A DNA stretch of 64,000 bases, from assembly GCA_051294375.1 (NCBI GenBank), contig CM119270.1:21349391-21413390 (forward strand), written 5' to 3'. Positions 34,501 through 48,015 of this stretch are shown here, piece by piece. Within the stretch, counting starts at the first letter, position 1; each line of letters starts with the position of its first letter. This DNA is from Paraspadella gotoi. Taxonomy: Eukaryota > Animalia > Chaetognatha. Made by a program: the position numbers and the translations under genes. The notes under the pieces were generated by a model. That model was not told the origin of the DNA. It did no database searches and saw nothing but the letters and a program-made list of their open reading frames with translations.

Positions 34501-36522
34501 GGAGGCGGCGGCTCTTGGCTGAGGCTGAGCGGCCACGCCGGCATAGAGCAGGCATCTTGCCAAGGTCGGCCTCCGGCGCGCTTAATCAATAACCGTTAAG
34601 GAGCGGGGACGCTTCACAGAATGTAGTTATTAGTTGGCCCGGACACCGTATATATATTAATACCGATTACTGGAATAGAGCGTAGAACCACCCACAGTGT
34701 TGTAGGTTAGAGTTTGAATCTTGCCTCGGGAAGTTTGTACAGAGTCATCAACTGGGGACATGTATGCGCCATGACTCACTAATTTGACATCTAGTGATTC
34801 GACGCGTATGGACGGTGGTTTATCCCATAGATAGAGTGGAATGTCGAGGTCTCTATGCGAGTTACTGCTATCGCGAGAGATCCGAGTCTTCGAGCATGGC
34901 AGTCTGATGCATCTATCTATCCAAGCTCTATCGCAGATCACCCAGCAGAGAGATCATTATCAGAATCCAAGAGAGAGCATTTCGCTCCGGAGGACTATTC
35001 ACCGAGACTAGATATGTACGATCAGAGATGCGCAGGGATTAGATCATCTGATATGACATATGTACATTAGTTGAGCCACAGAGTCAATCGATCGTGACCG
35101 ATATAGATCGATTATCATTGACCAGATCCAGTACGAAGATCATCGAAATCATGAGATTCAGTAGAGATGAGACGATCAATGAGAGATGTATGAATTGAGA
35201 TGAAGTAATCTATTGAGAGGAGACGCGAGAATATCTGGTTAGCTCGCATAGGAGAGTGTATTAGGTGAGTAGGAGAGCAGAGATCGAAAAGATCACTGAG
35301 GCGTGCATTTTATGGCGAGTGGATTGGTCCCATTACAGGGTCTCTCCGATACTAGTAAATGAATAAAATCAGCACAAGATGGAAGTCCTACCCAGTAAGC
35401 AGTCTGTGGCAAAAAGAAAGAGGGACTCTTAAGTTCTAAATAGCGCGGCGTTTTATTCATTGTATTCACAAAAATTTTAATTGGTCAATGTAAATGTTTA
35501 AATATTGAATCTATAGTGTGTAAGTTTAAAAAAAATGGTCCAAGTATTCAAGAGCTATAGCAATCGAAATATAATTGGTCAAAACAAAAAAAAATGGGGG
35601 GAAAATTTTTTTTTTTAAATTTGAGAAAACCGATGATGCTGTTTAGCTTGATTTTTGGGGCGTTGTATTCATTATATAAAAATATTAGGCATGGAAAGAG
35701 TTAATTTTTAAAAGAGGAATACATAGAGTGAAAGGAAGGGTTGAGAAGAGCGTTAAGTTCATGAAGTAAAAAGAATCGGTCTTAGTCACTCAAGAGATAT
35801 GGTACCCTCAAAACAATAGGTTAAAATATGTAAATTTTATCTGCTTTGTTTAAGAAGTTACTTTTAAAAAATCATTGCTAAATATAAACCAAATTTGCCC
35901 CAATGGTTCCTTTTAATAAAGGAATCTAACAAGATTTATTTGGTAATGTTTTAGGTTGTCCTCTTTTTTTTTTGCACATTTGTGTAAATTGTAATGCCTG
36001 ACATAAAAAGCCTCACCTTTCATTCCTCACGCTCCCCCCACCCCCCTCCTTCCAGGCCTCGCTCCACCCGACGCAACCACCTGGCACGCTTCCCCTCGAC
36101 GGCGTCTCTCTTCGCAAATGGTGGAGCAGCACGCCGCCGCAGCAGGGAGGCGCTTACCCCGGCAGCACCGAGGCGGCCATGATGGCAGCAGGCCCACGCA
36201 GCGGCAGCTGTGTCGTCAGCGGCCTCCGCTGGACGCGCGCCGTGGTGAGGAGAGGAGAGGGAGAGAGGAAAACGGGTTGGGGTCTCGTTCAATTGAATGA
36301 GGAAGTTAAAATTAAAAAAAAATATATAATATTATTTTTGAATATCTCTTATTTTCCATTCATGATTAATTTTTTTTTTCTATTTCTGTATTACTTTTTT
36401 TTATTTTCGTTTTTTTTTTTCAACTTTTTTGTTACCTTCCATTTTTTTTATCTTTAACGGTTTTTTGCGCTTTTCTATTCCTTTTTCTGTCCATTTCTCT
36501 TATTTGTCATTTTTTTTATATT

Positions 36523-36589
<67 letters not shown>

Positions 36590-37386
36590 TTCTCTCTCTC
36601 CTCTCTCTACCTCATCCCCAACCCTCCTCTCCAGCTGACCCTATTCCCTCCTCACCGGCCCACCTTCTCGCTTCCCCTACAATGTCGTTCCACCCTACGG
36701 TTCAGGGCTCTCAACACCTCTGACGGCGACGTCTCCTCTTAGTGGACGAATTGAGTAGGCGATAGTTTTTTTGCCTCCTGTACGGACTCGGCTGGTCGGT
36801 CCCTCAATCCTGCTGTATCATGTGATAAATGACTAATCACGTGATTCTTGTACGGCGTCGAATCTCCTAGCGACATCTGTCGAAGAAAAATGAAACAAAA
36901 CGGAAAACGAATAAGATAAGATAAGATGACGACGACGACGACGACGGTGAAGTGACACGACCCTCAAAAAGCTACAACACGACAACACAACAACAACAAC
37001 ATTTCTCGACAGGCAAAAACTTTTAACGGAGATTCGACAAAAAAAAAACAAAAAAACAAGCAAAATCGACAATCAATCGACAATCAATGAGGCAATCAAA
37101 GTTAACATTATACCCATCAGCGATCCCAATCATTGCGAAGGCGCGCCGTGGGTTGCGCACCTCGATCGGCGCGGCCGTGGGTGCGCGCCAGCGTTCCCAG
37201 GAGGACGTCTCCGTTTGCGATGAGCGCCGTGGCTTTGCGGCCACGAGCGAGCGCCGGACACGTTGCAAACAGCGCCGATGGCCACCATAATGACCGTCTT
37301 CTGTCCCTCCTCCCAACATAGAAATGAAAACCAATAATAAACTTTTTCCTTTCGAAATGTAGGGAATAAAACGGACGACGAACGAC

Positions 37387-37418
<32 letters not shown>

Positions 37419-40400
37419 TAACGAGAACGACGACGCGACAACGTACGACGGCAAAGGTGCTCGTATATGTTTACAAAGAAAGCTTTTACGATGATAGTTA
37501 AACAAACTCGCGTGACTTATATTTTTTGTTTCATTTTACATTGTTACATACTTTTTTTTTCAATTAGTATTTGTGTTTATATACAGTTTGTTTAATTTAA
37601 GTCGAAATCCAGTTTTATGAGTTGGATAAAAATAGAGATTTTGCTGATGATAGCCTCGTCTAGTCTTTTTGTTTTTTTTTCCTTTTTTTATTTACTTTTC
37701 GATTGCATACTCATTTGTTTACATTAATTTTTTTTAATAACTGTTATTACATGTGGTACTTTATGTAGTTTGTAGCCCCCCCCTCGCGCATTATATACGA
37801 ATAAAAAACATATATATAATAATCTCTGACTTCGGAGAATTTTTTCTTTTCTCTTGAAATAAAGAAAAATATTCTTCGTGATATTTTTTTGGGGTTTGAA
37901 TTCCTTATTTGGAAATTGATTCCTTATTTGGAATATTTATTCCTTATATTTGGAAGACGATTTCATTTTTCTTTTTAAAATCCATATCAGAATCTTTCCT
38001 TCTCTACGCGAAAACTTAATGTCTACGACCCCTTTTCATTTTCAAAAAAAAAAAATAAAAATAATAATTTTTTTTTTCCAAAAAAATAAGTGTTTTTTAT
38101 ACTATATAATACCGCAATTTTTACATGTTTTGTTATTCTTAAGTTATTAGGCCTAACTGAGAATTTAAATTGTGTAAAATATAGGCCAACAGAAATAAGA
38201 AAATACCGTTATGATCATTAATTAAAATTTTCAAAATTAAAGAAACAAATTTTTTAACCCATTAAGACGAACCAAGATTGGCAAAATGATGAACAACATA
38301 GATTTTTTTATAAAAAAATGGTGTTTTTTTCGTGTTAAGCTAATGAATTTTTAATAACTGTACTGTACAAACGGGTTGTTATATAACTTTATAAGCCCAT
38401 TACAAATTCAAGTTACACTTCCATTGAAAAATATAACGTTCTATGGCTGTATACAATTCAATGGTAATAAAAGAACTGATAGACACCGGCGAGTGAATAA
38501 ACTGTGTCAAAAGCACCCTCACATGCTGCTGTGATAATTTTTGAAAAGGAAAATCCCATTCATTCTATTTTGTTTAAATTTCTTAAAAAAACGCTTTCGT
38601 CTCCCTTAAAACAATGCCAAACAATTAAATACAACGACATCAACAAATATTACCAAAAAAAATAAATCTATTTGACATTTTTCGACTGGATTTTTTTTTT
38701 TTTTGGAAATAAGCGCGTGAGGTTTTGATGAGACCACAGGTTTCAACTTATGATAGATGTAATGTGATATAGTAGTTTACATAATCTTATCTGCATGGCT
38801 AAGTCAATGTTTCATCGTTAATTTGTTTATTTAGCTTTGTAGATACAATTCCCACACCCATCTTTGTAATATTGATATTTTTTTTCTCTGTTGCCAAAGG
38901 ACATTCAAAAATGAAGCATTTTTAAAAGAATACTCATGATTTCTCTCTTTTTTTTTCAATTTTAACGAATTCCCCACTTAATTTTTCCTTTTTATTTGTG
39001 GCTAATTTGATTTCGTTCTGTGAAGAGCGAAAATTCGCGTGACCGAAGTTCACAGTGAAAGAAAAAAAAATTCCTTTTTTCATTAAAAAAGGAAAAAGGT
39101 GAACGAATCCCTTTAGTATCATTCTGACCGTCATGTTGTATTTACCGACTCGAATCTTTAATTGTGTGGTACATTAATATCCTTTGTTGGAAGCTAAAAA
39201 CAAAAGGACAATCATCACCCAACTTTAATTCGCTCTTTTTTTTTTTTAAATTCGAGTTTGGATAGATGGCGCTTCTATGAAAAAAAAGAACTCTAGCTAG
39301 CTAAGTTGTCGTTGACTACCTTGTAATTGTAAATTAATTAATTTAAAAAATTACAATTACAAATTACATCGACTAACCATAGCAATAAAGAAAGCTCTTT
39401 TTCCGCAGTGTGTCAGTGGATTTAATAATGAATAAATAAACGTTCAATTATAAAATTCAAGCATTATAATCGAACACGAATAAATTGATGGAATGACGGG
39501 ATAACTGACGGGACAGTGGAACCACTCGATTGCATAGTAAATCCTGGACAGGGGGGGATTCGGCCGAGCACACAAATGGAGGGAGAACGAGTTCGAGTTC
39601 AGCATTCTTTTCATTTTTTTTTTATTTCTAATTCATAATTATTCCCGCAATGTAATAAAAATATTAATTCATAGAATTTTCCGTAGCGAGAAAACGAACG
39701 GAAACGACGAATCTTTTTTTTTTTCCTCCCGACGAAAAATTCAGGTTTTTATGACAAAAGGCAAACGTGGAAGTTGTAGCGTTCATGTGAATTTTTTTTT
39801 TTTTTTAAAATCAATAAAATTGAAAATAAACTTCGAAATATTATGTAGTGATATGCCTTTAGAAAATTTAGTAGGGAGGTAATATAAATAATGAGTAATA
39901 CAAATATTTTTTTTTATTTTTAAGGTCATTTTATTTAATAATGGTCAAGGTTTTGTTCCGCAAAAAAATTTTTTAAAAATTTTTAAAAAACGAATAACCG
40001 CCTTCACAAAAAACTGGCAGGGGTATGAAATGTTATTAAAAAAGTTTAAATTAATTAAATTAAATTTAATAAAAAAAGTTTAAAACACAAAAAATCATCC
40101 ACCGATTCGGTTTTCAAAAAAAAAAAAAAGAAATAAAAATTTAAAGAAAGTAGTTTGTTTGGGGAACATAGACCACGGTTGTTGAGTTTACAATTTTAAA
40201 ATGAGACATTAATTCGTTTTCAATACATTAATTTTTTTAATTGGTTTTGTACCAATTTTCCAGCTAGGTACCAAAAAGAAACATAAAATAATGTTATTAA
40301 CGCCCCTATGGTTAGGTAAAACTACGTTCACATGGATTAAGAAAAAAAAAAAGGTCAAACCAAAAAAAAAATAAAACAAAAATTCTATAAATAATTATAA

Positions 40401-43400
40401 AAACAAACCCTGAAATATAATATTTAATCTATACTTCGAATTATTATAAGGGTGAAAAGTTTCTCTCATCTATATTGAGTCATCACCCACCACAACACAC
40501 CCTGACCACCCCCCACAACCCCGTCCACACAATCACCAACGCCCACAACCCTGACCGACCACATAGCCAATCACCCCCCCCACAAAACCCTGACCAGAAC
40601 CACCGACCCTATTCTTCACGTCGCCGTGATCAAACACGCCACGCAGATCTCTTGGTGGCGCTGGTCATAACGCACTCGTCGTGAGCGTAGAGGGCGCCGC
40701 ATTTGACGCACAAGAGATGGTGCCACGCCCACTTCCGGCGGGCGAACGTTCGAGCCCGGATGCGAAGAAGGCGCCGGGCCCGCTGAAGCCGGCGGCGCCA
40801 GCGGGCGGCGGCGGGGCGGAAAACGCGGTCGACCGGCGACGGCGATGGGCGGTAAGGAAGGAAATGCGTCCGACCATCGAAGTCAGGGGCGTCGGCGGCG
40901 TTCCCGGCGCCGGTCCATTCGCCGCCGGCGTCATTTTCGTTGCTCTCGGTGACTTGAAATCGCATCCTCAGCGAGTGGCGCCTTTCCGTCCGGCGTAGAA
41001 TGGGAAGATTTTTCCGCAGCAGCAGCGGCAGCAGCACGGCGGGAGCGATCGTTGGGCGCCCATCGAAGATCGGCGGCGCAGCGGACCAGTCGGCGCGGCC
41101 CTGTGTGTCAGCGGCGCCCGTTGGAGGTCGAAAGCATCGTGGGTCGAGATCGACTGAGGCGGGGCGTCGAATGAGCGAGTTTAGCGGCGCCGGAAATGAC
41201 GCCGGGCCGATTGCGCGTTCCGAGAGAGTTGCACGACGCCGGTCCTGACCCGGTGGGCGTCGGCGGCGTCGCGTGGGTCAGCATCGAGACACCAGCTGCT
41301 TCGCCTGTGCCTCACTGGGCGTCGTTCAGCGCCGAAGCCGCTGTAGCAGTTCCAGTAGCTGCAGCAGACGACGCAGCAGACGACCCCGACTGAGGAGATT
41401 TGTTTTCCGGCAACGGAAAACTTGGATGTCGGTCTCTGATTGTCGGTCACGACTCCGACGCAGCCGTGGAGAAAAGTCGGCTTTGACGACGCCGCCGCCC
41501 CGCCGCCACCGCAGGAGAACTCGACGCCGGATGCTGCAGACCGATTTGCTGCAAATTGATTTGCTGATAACGATAATTTGCTCTTGAATCTTTCTCTCCA
41601 GTTCTTTTTGCTGACATCTGAATCTTTCGCAGCTCGAGTTCCAGGGCGACAAGTGCGAAGGCTGCGTCGTTGGGTGTGGCTGCTGCCTGCTGTTGCTGAG
41701 GACGCGGCCGCTGCTGCTTCTTCGACGGTGGATCGGATTGTTTTGTTTGTTGCCAGGCGACGGAGAGGAGAGACGCGGCGAGAGAAGTGAGAGGATTTCT
41801 CGTGGTTAGTGGTCGTCGTCGTCGTCGCCGTCGGCGGTCCGGCCGCTGGAAGAGACTGATGGAGTTGATGTTGCTTGCGGTTGGAGATTGTGATGGGGCT
41901 GGTGACGCTTGTAGGTCGTTGATGGGAGCGGAGGTCCTTCAATGAGGACGGAAAGGGAAATCCTCTGGGGACACACCTGAGCGGAGAGGGAGAGGTGGGA
42001 GAGGGGGTGGGGGTGGAAGGACGGTTGAATGAGGGAAGATTCTCGATATTGTCCAATTTCATACAAGCAAATATGGTTTAAGACTTTTCAATCAAAATAT
42101 TATCAAAAATTGTATATTCTTGATGTCTTAACGTTGTCATTACTAACGAATTAACTGACAATTGAAGATATCAAATTCTTTAAACACAGAAACATTTAAA
42201 CACATCTAGAAGGTGAAATTCAGTCAATTCAAGGAGACAAAGTGATACAGAAGTAAATGTACAAAGTAGTTAGATTGTAGAGTGCAAGAAAGTAGAAAAT
42301 GTAACATTTCCACACTATTTCTTAAGTCTGTAGAAAACTTTTATGTTGTATATTAACTATTAACTTTATCAATCATAATCGCCATCATCAATATTTATTA
42401 ACTTTAACTTTTATACTTTTTATCAACTGACATAATCGCCATCAATCACATTAAAAATTGTTAAGCAGTACGTGAGAGTAGTCGGGAAGTCGCGACAGAG
42501 AAAACGCCCCTNNNNNNNNNNNNNNNNNNNNNNNNNCCCCCCCCATCCAAATTTCCCAAGGCGGACCCCACTCTTACTTCGACCTGAGCCTGAGTCACTT
42601 GGACCGCCATCTCAGCGAGCGACACTCGCGGGTCGGCGGCGGCGCGGGCGGCAGCGGAGGCGGCGCCGCAGCTGGAGGCGCCGGCAGCGTCGACTCTCTG
42701 CCGTCGTCTCCGTTCGGCGGAGCGGCGCCGAATTCGTTGGCGCCGAACGCGCATCACGGAAGAAGCGTGACGCCGGGAATTCCGCCATCGCATCATCATC
42801 ATCATCATCATCACCCGGGTGAGGTGGTTATCAGGAGGCATCGATTTAATCATCATCATCATCATCATTATCAGCTTCATCATCATGATCATCATCATCA
42901 TCATCATCATCATTATTATTTAATATCTATTAGAGACGAATATCTGATTCTCATGTTTTGTGTGACTTTAAAAGTACTGCGACAAATTTTTAATTGAGTT
43001 TTAGCGTACAGTAAATGAATAAATAAATGATCTACAGTACAGTCCTGAGCAAAAAAAAGAGGGCACTCTTAAGTTCTAAATAGCGCGCGTTTTATTCATG
43101 TATTCACAAAAATTTTAATTGGTCAATGTAAATGTTTAAATATTGAATCTATATGTGTAAGTTTAAAAAAAATCGGTCCCAGTATTCAAGAGCTATAGCA
43201 ATCGAAATATAATTGGTCAAAACAAAAAAAATGGGGGGAAAATTTTTTTAAAAAATTTAAGGAAAACCGATGATGCTGTTTAGCCTTGATTTTTGGGCGT
43301 TGTATTCATGTATAATAAAATATTAGGCATGGAAAGAGTTGATTTTAAAAAGAGGAATACATATGTGCAAGTTTAAAGAAAATCGGTCTTGTCACTCAAG

Positions 43401-44198
43401 AGATATGGTACCCTCAAAACAATAGGTTAAAATATGTAAATTTTTATCTGCTTTGTTTAAGAAGTTACTTTTAAAAAATCATTGCTAAATATAAACCAAA
43501 TTTGCACCAATGGTTCCTTTTAATAAAGGAATCTAACAAGATTTATTTGGGTAATGTTTTAGGTTGTCCTCTTTTTTTTTTGCACATTTGTGTAAATTGT
43601 AATCGCCTGACATAAAAAGCCTCACCTTTCATTCCTCACGCTTCCCCCACCCCCCTCCTTCCAGGCCTCGCTCCACCCGACGGCAACCACCTGGCACGCC
43701 TTCCCCTCGACGGCGTCTCTCTTCGCCAAATGGTGGAGCAGCACGCCGCCGCAGCGGGAGGCGCTTACCCCGGCAGCACCGAGGCGGCCATGATGGCAGC
43801 AGCCCACGCAGCGGCAGCTGTCGTCAGCGGCTCCGCTGGACACGCCGGTCACGGTGAGGAGAGGGAAGAGGGAAGAGGAACGGGTTGGGGTCTCGTTCAT
43901 TGAATGAGGAAGTTTAAATTAAAAAAAAAAATATTAATATTATTTTGTTCCGATATTTTCTCTTTTTTTTTTCCTTCTTCAAATGATTAAATTTCTTTTT
44001 TCCTATTTCTTAATTTCTTTTTTTTTTCGTTTTATTTTTCAATTTTTTTACCTCCATTTTTTTTATCTTTAACGGTTTTTGCGCTTTTCTATTCCTTTTT
44101 CTGTCCATTTCTCTTATTTGCATCTTTTTTTTAATNNNNNNNNNNAACACCCTCTGACGGCGACGTCTCCTCATTTGTGGACGAATTTGAGGCGATGA
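27780..44198 (+). CDS. dati: Datilografo (dati)/LIN-29-like C2H2 zinc-finger protein with two AT-hooks (5' part interrupted by N gaps)
   Basis: Exons: 27780-28116 (between gaps; KRARGRPRK, poly-Q/G), 28661-28731, 28862-29013, 29438-29622, 29842-30283, 30936-31130, 42561-42818, 43665-43853, and a last exon partly in a gap at about 44146-44198 (acceptor visible in the duplicate copy at 36634). Visible junctions are phase-compatible. Fingers: ..FPDKSVLHAHWKERH, CMHCFKAFSTTAQMNQHLLVH, CSFCEKAFKQLSHLQQHTRRH, CKLDGCSRAFAQLSNLQQHMRNH, CNICTKMFATESGLKTHSQKYH. Possible start exon ending ATGCCG|GT at 27353-27358. The dati assignment is from recalled finger sequence, not a search. Confidence 0.8.
30605..30715 (+). 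mobile_element. HINE/DINE-1-like element copy in an intron
   Basis: Matches the reverse complement of 23925-24025; (GACC)n core and AAAGTGACTTATAAAGTTGCTCCGC end. Confidence 0.5.
31490..34014 (-). other. Candidate nested antisense protein-coding gene in error-rich sequence, product unknown
   Basis: Putative start AAATGGCG (MAIRRARARKK) at 34014. Exon-like blocks at about 33822-33380 (..EAFRHFLATEKRLRDQSEDSLDLDF..RERVNALLE|GTAAG), 32157-31843 (phase-compatible, VCLNLTMSIGGPTNPNSS..LFSLELFRS..) and 31586-31490 (|GTAAGT). Multiple frameshifts. Confidence 0.4.
34255..42511. repeat. Error-rich tandem duplicate of 42537-49880 (probable assembly artefact)
   Basis: 35350-42511 aligns almost base for base with 43010-49880 apart from scattered indels. 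34255-34600 is a very noisy version of exon 42561-42818. The copy ends at a 25-N gap. Confidence 0.9.
40616..41976 (-). pseudogene. Frameshifted duplicate of the Asx terminal exon (likely artefactual copy)
   Basis: Same sequence as 48016-49364 with many single-base indels; [20 protein letters not shown] is retained in one frame. Confidence 0.7.
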
Positions 44199-44585
44199 GT
44201 TTTTTTTGCCATCACGTGACGCGACTCGGCTGGTCGGTCAGTCCCTCTAACTGTGGAATCACTGTGATTAATGACTCTTTAAATCACGTGATTCTTTTGT
44301 CATCGGCGTCGAATCTCCTCAGCGACATCTGTCGAAAGAAAATGAAACCAAAAGGAAACGAATAAGATAAGATAAGATGACGACGACGACGACGACGACG
44401 ACGGTGACAACGACCTCAAAAGCTAACAACGACAACAACAACAACAACAACAACATTTCCTCGACGCAAAAACTTTTTACGGAGATTCGACAAAAAAAAA
44501 ACAAAAAACAAGCAAATCGACAATCAATCGACAATCAATGAAGGCAATCAAAGTTACATTTACCATCAAGCGATCGACAATCATT

Positions 44586-44690
44586 GCGAAGGCGCCGTGG
44601 GTTGCGCCACGGACGTTGCGATGGCGCCGTGGGTTGCGCCACCGACGTTGCGATGGCGCCGTGGGTTGCGCCACCGACGTTGCAACAGCG
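44586..44690. repeat. 32-bp GC-rich tandem repeat x3
   Basis: GGCGCCGTGGGTTGCGCCACCGACGTTGCGAT at 44591, 44623 and 44655. Confidence 0.9.
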
Positions 44691-44783
44691 CCATGGCCAC
44701 CATAATGACCGTCTTCTCTCCCTCCTCCCAAATAGAAAATGAAACCAATAATAAACTTTTTCCTTTCGAAATGTGATAAAACG

Positions 44784-44866
<83 letters not shown>

Positions 44867-47800
44867 CAAAGGTGGCTCGTAATGTTTACAAAAGAAAAGC
44901 TTTACGAAGATAGTTAAACAAACTCGCGTGACTTATATTTTTTTTTTCATTTTACATTGTTACAACTTTTTTTTTCAATTAGTATTTGTGTTTATATACA
45001 GTTTGTTAATTTAGTCGAAATCCAGTTTTATGAGTTGGATTAAAAATAGAGATTTTGCTGATGATAGCCTCGCTAGTCTTTTTGTTTTTTTCCTTTTTTT
45101 TATCATTACTTTTCGATTGCATACTCATTTGTTTACATTAATTTTTTTATACTGTTATTACATGTGTACTTTATGTAGTTGTAGCCCCCCCCTCGCCATT
45201 ATATACGAATAAAACATATATATAATAATCTCTGACTTCGGAGAATTTTTTCTTTTCTCTTGAAATAAGAAAAATATTCTTCGTGATATTTTGGGGTTTG
45301 AATTCCTTATTTGGAAATTGATTCCTTATTTGGAAATTTGATTCCTTATTTGGAAGACGATTTCATTTTTCTTTTTAAAATCCATATCAGAATCTTCCTT
45401 CTCTACGCGAAAACTTAATGTCTACGACCCCTTTTCATTTTCAAAAAAATAAAAATAAAAATAATATTTTTTTTCAAAAAATAAAAATAATATTTTTTTT
45501 CAAAAAATAAGTGTTTTTATACTATATATACCGCAATTTTACATGTTTTGTATTTCTTAAGTTATTAGGCCTAACTAGAAATTTAAATTGTGTAAAAATA
45601 TAGGCACACAGAAATAAGAAAATACCGTTATGATCATTAATCTAAATTTTAAAATTAAAGAAAACAATTTTTTAACCATTAAGACGAAACCAAGAATTGG
45701 CAAAATGATGACAACATAGATTTTTTTATAAAAAAATGGTGTTTTCTTCGTGTTAAGCTAATGAATTTTTAAACTGTACTGTACAAACGGTGTTGTTATA
45801 ACTTTATAAGCCAATTACAAATCAAGTTACACTTCCATGAAACGAATAAACGTTCTATGTGCTGTATACAATTCAATGGTAATATAGAACCGCGAGTGAT
45901 TAAACTGTGTCAAAAGCACCCTCAACTGCTGCTGTGATAATTTTTGAAAAGGAAATCATCCCATTCATTCTATTTTTGTTAAATTTCTTAAAAAACGCTT
46001 TCGTCTCCCTTAAAACAAATGCCAAACAATTAAATACAACGACATCAACAAATATTACCAAAAAAAATAAATCTATTTGACATTTTCGACTGGATTTTTT
46101 TTTTTTTTTTTTGGAAATAAGCGCGTGAGGTTTTGATGAGACCCAAGGTTTCAACTTATGATAGATGTAATGTGATATTAGTTTACATAATCTTATCTGC
46201 ATGGCTAAGTCAATGTTTCATCGTTAATTTGTTTATTTAGCTTTGTAGATACAATTCCCACACCCATCTTTGTAATATTGATATTTTTTTTTCTCTGTTG
46301 CCAAAGGACATTCAAAAATGAAGCATTTTTAAAGAATACTCATGATTTCTCTCTTTTTTTTTCATTTTAACGAATTCCCCACTTAATTTTTCCTTTTTAT
46401 TTGTGGCTAATTTGATTTCGTTCTGTGAAGAGCGAAATTCGCGTGAACCGAAGTTCACAGTGAAAGAAAAAAAATTCCTTTTTTCATTAAAAAAGGAAAA
46501 AGGTGAACGAATCCCTTTAGTATCATTCTGACCGTCATGTTGTATTTACCTCGAACTCTTTAATTGTGTGGTACATTAATATCCTTTGTTGGAAGCTAAA
46601 AACAAAAGGACAATCATCACCCAACTTTAATTCGCTCTTTTTTTTTTAAATTCGAGTTTGGATAGATGGCGCTTCTATGAAAAAAAAGAACTCTAGCTAG
46701 CTAAGTTGTCGTTGACTACCTTGTAATTGTAAATTAATTAATTTAAAAAATTACAATTACAAATTACAATCGACTAACCATAGCAATAAAGAAAGCTCTT
46801 TTTCCGCAGTGTGTCAGTGGATTTAATAATGAATAAATAAACGTTCAATTATAAAATTCAAGCATTATCAATCGAACACGAATAAATTGATGGAATGACG
46901 GGATAACTGACGGGACAGTGGAACCACTCGATTGCATAGTAAATCCTGGACAGGGGGGGATTCGGACGAGCACAGAAATTTGGAGGGAGAAACGAGTTCG
47001 CAGTTCAGCATTCTTTTCATTTTTTTTTTATTTCTAATTCATAATTCCCGCAATGTAATAAAAATATTAATTCATTGGATTTTCCTGACTGAGAAACGAC
47101 GGAAACGACGAATCTTTTTTTTTTTCCTCCCGACGAAAAAATTTCAAGGTTTTTATGACAAAAAGGCAAACGTGGAAGTTGTAGCGTTCATGTGAATTTT
47201 TTTTTTTTTTTTAAATCAATAAAATTGAAAATAAACTTCGAAATATTATGTAGTGATATGATCCTTTAGAAAATTTAGTAGGGAGTAATTAAAATAATGA
47301 GTAATACAAATATTTTTTTTTATTTTTAAGGTCATTTTATTTAATAATGGTCAAGGTTTTGTTCCGCAAAAAAATTTTTAAAAAATTTTTAAAACGAATA
47401 ACCGCCCTCACAAAAACTTGGCAGGGGTAAGAAATTTTATTAAAAAAAGTTTAAATTAATTTAATTAAATTTTAATAAAAAAAGTTTAAAACACAAAAAT
47501 CATCATCGATTCGGTTTTTCAAAAAAAAAAAAAGAATAAAAATTTAAAGAAAGTTAGTTTGTTTGGGGACATAGACCGGTTGTTGAGTTTACAATTTTAA
47601 ATGAGATCATTACATTCGTTTTCAAATTACAATAATTTTTTTATTGGTTGTACCAATTTCACTAGGTACCAAAAAGAAACATAAAAAGTATTAACGCCCC
47701 TAATGGTTAGGATAAAAACTACGTTCACGATTAAAAGAAAAAAAAAAGGTCAAACCAAAAAAAAAAATAAAACAAAAATCTATAAAATAATTATAAAAAC

Positions 47801-48015
47801 AAACCCGAAATATATTTAATCTAACTTCGAAAATATTAATTCCATTTAAGGGTGAAAAGTTCTCTCATCCTTTTGAGTCATCACACCCCACACAACCCTG
47901 ACCACCCCCCACAACCCCGTCCACACAATCACCAACGCCCACAACCCTGACCGACCACATAGCCAATCAACCCCCCCCCCACAAAAAACCCTGACCGAAC
48001 CACCGACCCTATTCT

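Noticed and set aside
34600-35350. ORFs in GATC/GAGA-rich sequence
   Set aside because: Looks like very low-quality long-read sequence corresponding to the (CAT)n-rich intron at 42820-43010.
40616-42511. Second Asx paralogue
   Set aside because: Near-identical to 48016-49880 apart from indels, lacks upstream exons and ends at a 25-N gap.
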